Made by a program: the position numbers and the translations under genes
Assembly: GCA_030704615.1 (NCBI GenBank)
Contig: CM060734.1
Location: forward strand, 6,696,001-6,760,000
Origin: Takakia lepidozioides
Taxonomy: Eukaryota > Plantae > Bryophyta
Length of the DNA: 64,000 nt
Direction: 5' to 3'
Shown: piece after piece, positions 50,756-61,319 of the stretch
How the letters are laid out: each line of letters begins with the position of its first letter
How positions within the stretch are numbered: position 1 is the stretch's first letter
Notes under the pieces: model-generated
What the model was told of the DNA's origin: nothing
Seen by the model: only the letters and a program-made list of their open reading frames with translations
Databases searched by the model: none

Positions 50756-52465
50756 ATGGCTCATGAAATAGCAGCCCTCGCGCTGGTTGAAGTGATATGT
50801 CAAACCAAGACACAAATCACCATTGGGCAATTACTGAAAATTGCTCCACACTGCAAGAAAACATTTTTTCGGGCAATTGAGGCTCTAACCACTACACCGA
50901 AAAAGATACCAGCACCAGAGGTTTACACAATTAAACCCACGATTGCACTATGAGTTCCAGACTATGACGAAGCAATATCCGTGATACAAATATATATTAG
51001 ACTGGTGACGGATGTACTCATCGACGGAGGATCGGGAGTTAATATAATGACAGAAAGAATGAAGAAGTCACTAGGATTGGGGCATACCTGCTCCATTCAC
51101 GATACGAATGGCAGATCAACGGAAAGTACAGCCATTGGGTATCATCAGATGCCTAGCAATGGAAGTAGCAGGACTGGTATACGAAGTTTCAGTGACCATT
51201 CTCAGAATGGTAGACGTGGCAGAAGGGTATTCGTACTGCTTGGAAGACCGTGGTTGACTCAAGCCAATCTCACCACGATTGGGGAAGCCAGACTCTCACA
51301 ATCAAGAAAGGGTCGGAACGAGTCACTATTACCACTAAGCAACGAGGCTCGATTCCACGAGAGAAACGACCCTGCCTAGTGAAAGAATATAACTGGTCTA
51401 GTGGACTGTCGGATGAAGAAGAGGCTACGGTGTATGTAGCGCATCCACAACTAGAACCTATTGGTCAACTAGTGGTCAAGCAGACCACGACAGTGGGGTG
51501 CCACATGGTAAACCCACTAGTAGGAACAAGTAATCCAGAAACGGATAACCCTGAGGAGGAAGCCATGGACACACCTCAACACCCAGCTCGTTTCTATCAA
51601 GAAAGAGAGGAGGGTATCAACATCAGTGAAGTACCAGCCACGATTGCTACCTTAGGACAAGAAATTGCGGGCTGGACAGTGACAAAAGAGACTCAACTGA
51701 TTCAAGTGAATCTGGGTACAGTGGAAAACCCACAGATAATACGAGTAAGTGCATGCCTGGAGGAATCATCTCTTCAGGAAGCCACTGCACTATTCACCGA
51801 ATACAAGGATGTATTTGCCTGGAACTATAAAGATCTGAAGGTCGGCATACCTCCGAGTATTTGTCAGCACCGGATTGAACTGGAAGTGGACACTAAACCC
51901 ATTCGACAGAACAGATACATAATGAACCCCAACTATGCAGCTAAGATTTGGGAAGAAATCAAGAAATTGCTGGATGCATGATTCATATACCCAGTGGAGA
52001 CACCGCAGTGGTTATCATCCATTGTAATAGTGCTAAAGAAAAATGGTAAATTGCGAGTATGTGTGGATTAGCGCAAATTGAATGTAGGAACCAAGAAAGA
52101 CCCGTTTCCACTACCTTTCACAGAGATAGTGTTGGATATGGTGGCAGACCGACACGAGATGTACTCATTCATGGATGGATTCAGTGGGTACAAGCAGGTA
52201 CATATGTAGAGGAAGACCGAGAGAAGACCGCATTCATCACTAAATGGGGAGCTTACGCTTACAAAGTCATGCCATTTGCACTTTGCAATGCACGTGCCAC
52301 GTTTCAAAGAGTGGTGTCAGAAATCTTCAAGAGCTATCTTAATGATTTCATGCAGGTATTTTTGGACGATTTCAATGTCTTTGGATAGAAATCCAAACAC
52401 ATGGCACAGTTAAAACTATGCCTACAAGCATGCATGATCAATGAGGTGAGTCTAAACCCCGAGAA
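50756..52465 (+). mobile_element. Gypsy pol fragment (protease plus RT)
   Basis: VLIDGGSGVNIM, LLGRPWL, YKDVFAWNY, RVCVD, MDGFSGY, VMPFALCNA, FLDDF. Confidence 0.9.
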
Positions 52466-52469
52466 ATAT

Positions 52470-55400
52470 AAGAGGGTGCAATTGTGGTGTAGGGGCGTTG
52501 AATGAAGCACGCACCCTGTCACACACCATGCACCTAGCCACAAATTGTTGCACCTCTGTGTGCATACCACGCCACCAATACTGCCCCTGCAGTAGACTAT
52601 GAGTGCGTCGCACCCCAAAATGCCCCAACTCCTCATGGGCATGCTGCACTAACCGTGCCCGCTGTGTTGGGTGAGGCACAATCCTCACTCGACCATCCTC
52701 CCACACTCGGAGCAGGTGTGTCTCCTCCCACTTGAACCTCTTGGCTCATTGTAGGATCCGATCCCTCTCCTTGGCAGTCACAGTGGCTGCCATGTCTCCA
52801 GTGCGGAGATAGTCCAACACAGCTGAACATGTATATCTTTGGCGCCACCTTGCTCATTGCTGGCCTCAGGATCCTCAGACACTCGGTCTACAGTCATCCC
52901 TGTTGTAGGTCCAACCTGGCCTTCAGCTGCCAAGATACACAGAAATGCAGATGCATGCCATCCGGGCACCATCTCCTCGTCCGTCTCACCATGCAACCGA
53001 GCTCCAGTGTCATCCTGCTAGCTCGTGCATGGATTGCAACTCAACCCATCCACATCCCGATTGACCAAACCCGGTCGATGCACAACCTGAAAGTCATACT
53101 CTTGAAGTATGAGTGCCCACTGTGCAAGCTTCCCCGTAAGCTTGTCTGACTCCATCAACCACTTGAGCGGCTGGTGATCCGTGACAAGGGTGAAAAGATT
53201 GTCGTATAGATAGCACCTGAAGTGTGCCACGGCCCACACTACAGCTAAGCACTCTCCCTCATATGAGCTATACTTAGCCTCTTTAGCGTTGTTTGAGCGG
53301 CTAGCATAAGCCACTACGAACTCTCTTCCCTCATCATCCACCTGTGTGAGCACCGCTCCAAGCCCCAACATGCTCCAATCTGTATGCAGCTGAAAAGGAC
53401 GTCCCCTGATAGGTCGTCTCAAGATGGGCGCCGAGGTCAACCTCGCCTTGAGCTCTTGAAAAGCTTGTTCTTGCTCATCTTCCCACTGCCACTCTTGGTC
53501 CACCTTGGTCAGCTTGGTTAGAGCCTTTGCAATGGCACTAAATCCCTTGACAAACCGTCTATAATAGTTTGCCAACCCCATGAAAGCTCAAACTCTGCTC
53601 ACATCCGTAGGGCGTGGAATCTGTGCAATGGCATCTACCTTAGTCTGCTGTACCCCCAATCCTCCAGGATATATCATGTGACCCAGATACTCAATTTGGT
53701 TGTGGAAAAACTTGCACTTCCCCGGATGTAACTTCAATCCGTGCGCCCTCAAGCGCTCAAATACCACCTGAAGGTGTCTCTCATGCTCCTCCACCGTAGC
53801 ACTAAAGATGATGATGTCATCTATGTAGCACCGAGCAAACTCCACCCCTGCTAGAATCCTGTCCATGACTCTCTGAAACTCTGCAGGAGCGTTCTTAAGC
53901 CCAAATGGTAAGAACCGCCACTGGTATAGGCAATCCTTTCCGTGCTCATTGATCCCCCAGAATGTCGTCTTCTGCTTATCTGCCTCCTTGATCGGCAACT
54001 GGTGATATCCGGATCGTAAATCCAAAGTGCTAAAGACCTTGGCATGCCCAATGGCATCAAAGATCTCCTCTGGTGTCGGCATGGCATACCTATCGGACTT
54101 GGACTGACGATTTACAGGCCAGTAATCACCGCACATACGTCTCTCCGTCCAATTGCCATAGACATCCTTCTTGGCTGACATCATTGTGGCTGAAGCATAC
54201 TCTCCACCAGATAGCTCCACCAAACCAGCCTCCCAAAGGTCCTGAGTCCTCATCTGAATCAAGGACCTCTCCATGTCACTGTATCTATAGGGTCTCCGAA
54301 AGATTGGCGTGTCAGTGGCCAATTCAATGCGAATCTCTTGACCCTTCAGAGCTCCCAAGTCCTTCAAACTGAAGGCAAAGCAATTCCTGTAAGCCCTCAA
54401 GAACCGCCGTATACGTCGTCTCTCTCCTCCGGTGACTATGGGTCCAACATCAGGCTCCCAGTTGTCCTCCGTGACTGCAACCTTGAGTCCAGCAGGCTTA
54501 GAGGTAGAAGACGCGTCCCGTGGTTGCTATGCTGCAACCTCTTGAGCAGTGACCACTGCCTGCTCTGTCAGTGACACCATCTCATCCTGCCCCACCATCT
54601 CATCCTTGAGGACCTCCTCAACCCGAGAAAAATCCCCAACCTCATCCATCACCGCCGCCTTGGCTGCCAACTCCCTCTGAACCTCGAGCACCTCCCACGT
54701 GTGCCATGGATGCAGCCTGCACCTCGTGGTCCTCACCTATTCGCCCCCACTCGCTGCCTGTACCGTCTCCATAGGCAGAGAGACTATCAAGGGAAGTGTA
54801 CTCCGTACTCTGTGCTGCTCAGCCATAGCCAAGCTGATAATCCATGTCAAGCAATTGAGATCCATTGCTTGTCCCAACACCTGACGACGTGATGCCTCAG
54901 AAAGAGATGGCACCGCCGTGGTACCAATGGTAAAACCCATCGCCCGTTCGCGCTCGTCAGCATTGGGTTCCACTAACTGCTGCAACTGGCTATCCCACAA
55001 GAGGCCAGGTCTACCATCCCGGAAAGCATGAGATCCTGGAAAGCTGAGTAGTGTAGGCAATGCTGCTTGTGGGTGACCCACCTTATTGACCACTGCCAAA
55101 GGTGATCGGTCATCATGTCTCACACGCTGAGACTGCCTCCCTATGTCCAAAATGCTATCCACCGTCAGGTTTGGTGGCCGCTGCATCCCATCAAATGCAC
55201 GCTTGAGCAATGTAGGTGGCATCAAGTTGGTCCACCATAGTCGTGGGGATGAGCTCGTGACCCCACTGCAGCTGCATCCAGCAACACTGCTGACCCAAGC
55301 CAAGACCGCACTTGATGTACACTGGCCATCACCTTGGCCCGAGAATCACCCATCAATGGCACATTCTCCAAGATATATGCCGGAGAGTCTGTCTACTGGA

Positions 55401-58400
55401 TCTGTAAATAGCACAGGACCCTCAACATCTCCCAAAACAGGCGTGACCTTGAATCTTGTAACCCATTGCTATGCCCGGCTGATGAATGCCCTTGGCAGGG
55501 CCAACCTGCCACTACCAAGTGAATAGGGCCACGCCGCTCCAAATCCTGCGCCCCCAGCAAAGAGATGTCTGCTGACAAGGCTTGCTGGTATCCACGAACT
55601 GTAGACACTGGCAACAAATCAGGGTACTGCTGCACCAACTGAGCAACATGGTGCAGTGAGACGCGTCATGCAGTCTCATCCCTCTCCACATACAGGTAAC
55701 GTCGAAGTCGTACACCTGCCTGCAGCACTGCAGCCAATCCAGTGCTGATCCCGCCAAACAAGTCCAGAAGGCATATGCCTTCATCCGGGCACTGCCACAA
55801 AAGAGGTGTGGTGTCCAATGGCGACAACTGAGGTGGTTCTGGTGCAATCACCGTACTCTCCTCCTCTCTTGACGGTACAAAGGCCTCTACCCAGGCTTGT
55901 TGCACACATCTATGAGCAGCCTGCTGCAAATCCTTGCCCGTACCCCACAATGGAGTGTGAGCAACCATGGCAGGCAACTCCGCCGTACCATGCATATCAT
56001 CCTGCTCTGCCGGAGGTGGCACATCCTCTGCATGGGCATTGCCCTCCAACAACTCTCCAGGCCAACTAACTACAGCTGTAAAGGCTGCTAGTGTTGGCAT
56101 ATTGTCCCGCTGGGCAGCAGCAACACCCCCAATGAATGTCACATGGAGCTGTACACGACGACCATCCCCTGACTGCCATCCAAGCCTGTAGGATGCTGAC
56201 TCCTCCCAAAAATCCAGGGTGAAGCCCATGGGATACAATACTGCTCCACCAACGAGGACATTGTAAGAGACCGCGTCTGTCACAATGGCCTTGGCTCGCA
56301 TCACTGAGCCATCTATAGGATGATCCGGCTGTAGTCTAATGGCCAACTCACGCCATGTCATGCCTCGAGACTGCTCTGATCCTCCCAGAGATGTCTGTAT
56401 CTGGAAGGGACAAGGCTCCATATCCGCCTCCATGAGGCCCAAACCTGCAATAGCGGCTCTGCCCAACATCATTGGTTGAGCTCCCGAGTCCAACAAGACC
56501 CGCAGTGGCCGGTACCTCTTGCGTGCCGGTCCACTCAAAGAGAAAATGTCATCATGGTTGTCTAACAAGACAACTCCAGGTGTCACCATGGCGCGCTCAA
56601 AGGTTGACCTAGCAGACAGCTCCGTCAACTTGGCAGCTGCAGCTTGCCATGGCGCAGCCGTGGCAGTCTTGACCCTCAAATCCGAGGATCCCTCTGCCAC
56701 TACACCTTCCACTAATTCCGCAGAAGATGAAGTGACCTCCCCACTCTCACAGAGTGTTGCTGCTAGTCTGAACACTGTAGCTGGTCTTACCCCCGGCGTC
56801 GCAATCATGGTTGCCGAGAACAGTGGGGCCTGACATACAGAGGTGGCCGCCCCCAACAACACACTAGCTGCACTAGCCTTGGCAGCAGGTGTCAGTGCTG
56901 CACGTGTAGCTCTTCCCAATGGCACAATAACCTCCGCCTCGGTATCCGTGGGACGAGAATTAGGTGCCATGGATGTCGTCGACACTGTCTCCGCCAAGAT
57001 GAATGATTGAGGTAACCTAGCCTGACGGCTTGCCTCCCCACGCTGCGGATCCAACTCCACCTCTACACCTCGTGGCTTAGGAACTCGTGCTGCTCCTCGA
57101 GTGATGGCTGCAGCAGACTCCACCTACACTAATGGTAGTGCTGCCCCACACATAAATCCCATGCCTCCCATGTCTCCTCCGTCAGGATGACGTTGCTGAG
57201 GAAGAACAGGAGGTGGACCCTCAGGTCTTGGAGCTGGTACCACCTGAGTTGTGGCCACGGCAGCAAGCCTTTGCTCTAGCTGCTGAAGCCGGTTGGCCAT
57301 GCTTTGGCCAACGCCCTGACCTCCACGTCCTTGGCCATACTGTGCTTGCCCTCGTCCTGCACCTCGTGCCTGAGCACCTCGTCCTCTCTGAGGTGCTCCA
57401 CCTCGCCCTCAGCCACCATTGTTCCCTGGGAACTGGCCTCGCCATAACTCAGGGTGCAAGTCATAACACTGGGCATCTCCATGCCCATACTTGCCACAAT
57501 GCCCATACTGCAATTGTGCAGGCTGTGCTTGTGCCGGCCCTTTGCCATTTTCTGGGCAATCTTTCTTGACATGGGGTCCTCCACATGTCCAATATACCAC
57601 CCCTGGTGGCTGTTGGCCTGCAAAAGAAGCTACTGGCCTCTGTACCTGAGGCCCCCTGTAAGCTCCATGGAATTTGGGTTGGGCAACCTTGCCCCCCTGA
57701 CCACGCTATTGGGAGTCCCTTGTACCTGTTGGCTGGCAGCTGCGCCTCGTGCAGGCATGTCCTTATCAAATCCAATGGTAACAACTCGCTCCTCCACCAT
57801 GTTGAGCTCAATCCGCTCAGCCAACAGAAACACATCTGCTAATGTGGGTTGGGCCGCTTGTAACAGGGTTGCATCCCGCACCCTTCTCCTGAGCTTATTG
57901 TCCAAAATTCCATACCAGAACTGGATTGCCTGAGCTTCAGTAACCCCTTGGGTCATATTTATCAAGCACCTCATACGAGTGTAGGCCTCTCGCAAGCTCT
58001 CACGGGATTTGCGCTGGAAGTCTTGCAAACTTCGCAACTTCTCTGTCCGTACGCCTTGGTAGTTCCTCCGCAACTCCTGGAAGAACTCCACCACCGGGTT
58101 GAATCTAGGCACATGTGTTGTAGTCGTGGCAGGAGGAGTAGTAGCACCTTTTGAACTGATACCACCTGCAGAAGTACCGGCACTACTTGTTCCACTACTA
58201 GTGCTGGCAGTGGAAGATATTGGTGCTGATGTAGTTATTGGTCGCGTCGTGCCTCGAGTAATGGAGACGTAGTCAGGTGACCAATACAGCCTCCACTCCT
58301 CAATCTCTGCTTCATGTCCTCGCCTGAACTCGTGGTAATCGTCCATAGGCGGGCCTTCCAAATGTTGGAACAGTCCCTTCCACGCCATGAATGGGGTGAA

Positions 58401-58567
58401 CAGCTGTGGATTGCGCATCTGTTGCAAATCACACCAGTTGTCGAACTCCTGGATAAAGTCATCCAGCTCGATTGTGCCCACAGCTCCAGAGTATCTACGA
58501 GGCCCCTTGGTAGCTCCATACATCTCCTCCATGTCGTCCCACAACAATGGCGAAGGAAATTGCACAC
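52470..58567 (-). mobile_element. MTase-encoding Ty3/Gypsy retrotransposon, copy 2 (collinear; gag 5' end and integrase core missing)
   Basis: Minus-strand order: gag 58567-57220, protease (LLDSGA ~56490), C5-MTase 55780-54830, RT 54400-53588, RNH 53581-53018, INT Zn finger to 52470. Confidence 0.93.
54830..55780 (-). pseudogene. DNMT3-like C5-cytosine methyltransferase domain within pol
   Basis: LLDLFGGISTGL, VAGWPCQG, ILENV, PRLWWTNL, ERERAMGF, RRQVLGQA; motif I lies in the same 485-aa ORF (55666..57123) as the protease. Confidence 0.92.
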
Positions 58568-60989
58568 TCGAAAGCTTTGAGACGGTTGCGGGTGTCCTCG
58601 TTGCGAATGATTGCATCTCCTTCAAGCAGAACAAACTGTTCGTTGTTAATGAACCCCGTTCGTGGTTGCCTCGTGCAGAGCGTGTCCGGCTGCAACCACG
58701 TCTGATCGCAAAAACTTGTGCAGCTCCTACTCCTCTGCTCCATTACACCACGGCCTTGTGGCTGAACACCTTGGTCCCCAGGGCTGTCTTTGGCTGTGTT
58801 CCAAGCCTAGCTTCCACCCACTTTGGTATTTCACCTACAGCTGCAGAACTGCTTGCTCCAACAGAGTTCTGACTGTCCAAAGCAATATTGAGGCCCTCAA
58901 CGCCAACTACAGCAGTTTGCTGTCTATTGCTAATGCCTGACTCCCAGTATGCAATCAACTTGTCCAACTATTCTCCACTCAAATCAGTCTGAGTTCCTTG
59001 AGAAACATAAATCTTGTCTCCTTGTGTGCACAGGCTAAGAGAAGAGACATGCCCTTCAATTACGTCCTCATTGCCCCCAGCCATACAAGGAGGACATCCA
59101 CAGACTTGTCTCTCATGTAGACCACAACAGGTTCTAGAAACAGAATTGTGGATCTTTCATAGCACACTCACACTCACACTCACACTCAAAAAATTCCATA
59201 GATTTTTAGCATAGTCCAAAAAACTAAAATATGTAAAATATGTAGATTTCCACAATCTGTAGGTATCCCCCCAAAAACTGCGTCAAACGAAGCTCATATG
59301 ACAAAGATATGGCCAAACAGGCTCTGTAAATATAATATATGACCTTAAATGGAAACAAATACAAGGAAAAACTATTTTCAATTGGTTTCGTTTGGTTCCC
59401 TGTTCCCACGTTCTATTTTGTTTTGTTTTTGCGATTCCCTGTAGGTTCCCATCAAGTTCAAAATACAGTGCCCTGCGAGTGCCCGCAAAATCCCCCAACC
59501 GTTCAGAGCCTGACACCCCTTCGGCCAGCGATTCAAGAGCAATTGGCCCTCATTTGAATTAACTACTCAACTTCACAGCCATCCACCATTTTTCAACTTC
59601 AATTCCAGCTTCACCTTGACGTGGTGGCCAGCCATATCGTTGAACGTTGGTATTCGAATGGCAGACAAAACTATCCCTGATCAGTTCCAATTCAAATAGC
59701 CCACCATGGAAAACACAGAGATTAATGAGATCACCACAACCTGGTCACTGCGGAGGAGCTTGTCAATCTTCTTCACACCTTCCTCGAGTCAAGGCCATCC
59801 AAACTCCACTGTTTGCAGGTCTCCAACAGTCTCAAGATCCGTCATGTTCATCTTGCCACAGGACTGATCACTCAGTCATTCCATCATTGAAGTGCGCATT
59901 GCCCATTTTTGTGTGTCATTTGTCTCTTCACATTTAACCAAACGACTCTGTGGAGTATATAGCCCAGTGTCCTCGAACTCGACAGCAACTGCCTCGTCTC
60001 GTCGTTCAAGGAATCCGTCAAACAAATCGCCAGTCCTCTTCGTGATCTTCTTGTCAAGCAAACTGAACTGGTCCATATAGCATCATTCGATTTCAAAACC
60101 ATCATATGTTGTTCCCTAGCACTGGTGAGGCCGCTGCTGCACTAGCCAAGCCTCTCACGACGTTCCAACCGACAGCCATGCTAGAAACAATTGCACCACT
60201 ACAGCCTGTTGTGCCGTGCCTGGCGAGGGCCGCGCCATTAATAGCCTCCTTATGTGTGGCCTACTAGAGTACTGTGAAAGCTTCATACAACAAAACTCGG
60301 TCTTAAATGTTCCTGGCTGCACAGGGTCTAAGAGTCCGACCAAGCATCTTGTAGCTCGTGTATTCCTCTGCTCTGGCTGCCCTGCAGGCTCCACGACTGT
60401 ATTATGTGGTTGCTTCAATGCCGCCCAACCCCTCTTTGTGCCTGCCTGTCTCACCAGGTTGCAGCAACCGCTAGCCCCTGTTGCAAGACTTCATCGCCCA
60501 ATATGCTACTGGGAGGCTAACTACGGGCTGTTCACCAGACTCTTTTTCTTGTGCACATAAACATGCTAGGCTTCAGATTCTGACAACATTTATGACACAA
60601 GCAACACTCCACCAGCTTTTTCACGGCCCACTTTGAACAAGCTGCTTTGTTCTTTCACCAACTTGCAAGCAACAACCTGCCGAGCTGTTTGTCCGCACAA
60701 CTGCTACTCCGGCTTTGTATATCCTGCGTAGAGCCTACGAGGCTGTCCAAGCCTCTATCCTCTTATTTGGCATCCTGTGTTGTGCCTCCCATGCACGTCA
60801 TCATACCATACCGCAAACAAAACCAGCATCAATGACTTCTACCTTAACCACTCATTAGGAGTTGTGCTTTCCCTACTTCAAATACCATCGACATAGTGCT
60901 AACATAAAAGAACTCTATCTAGCTTAGCACTACAAAAATCTAGACAGAGCATCTCTCTCGAGTGAAATGAAAACTAAACTCACACTGGC

Positions 60990-61316
60990 TGTTGACACAA
61001 AACACGAAATACAATATAATCACTCGTTAAAATAAGAGTCAAGCCAGGGGCACCCCAAGCTATGGGGACTCCACCCCACAACATCCTACTCTCCCTCCAT
61101 AAGTACACTCAGATGTTAAGCAACGAGGGAGCTCGGTCGTGCAGGCTCAACTCGAGAGAGATGAGCCGCACGACTGACGAGCTCGTGAAGATAAGATGGT
61201 TCAGGTGTCAAGCTAAACTTGACACCTGACTTAACACTTGAACTAATTCCAAGTGTTAAATACAAATAACTAGATTTATTCTAGTTAGTTTCACACTGTG
61301 TTTATTTAACTTGACA
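60990..61316 (-). repeat. 327-bp LTR (unit B), upstream of MTase-Gypsy copy 2
   Basis: Near-identical to 5373-5699; TG..CA ends. Confidence 0.8.
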
Positions 61317-61319
61317 GAG

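Noticed and set aside
59876-60076. Kinase-like fragment (FDGFLERRDEAVAV)
   Set aside because: No catalytic Lys, HRD or DFG motifs; too weak.
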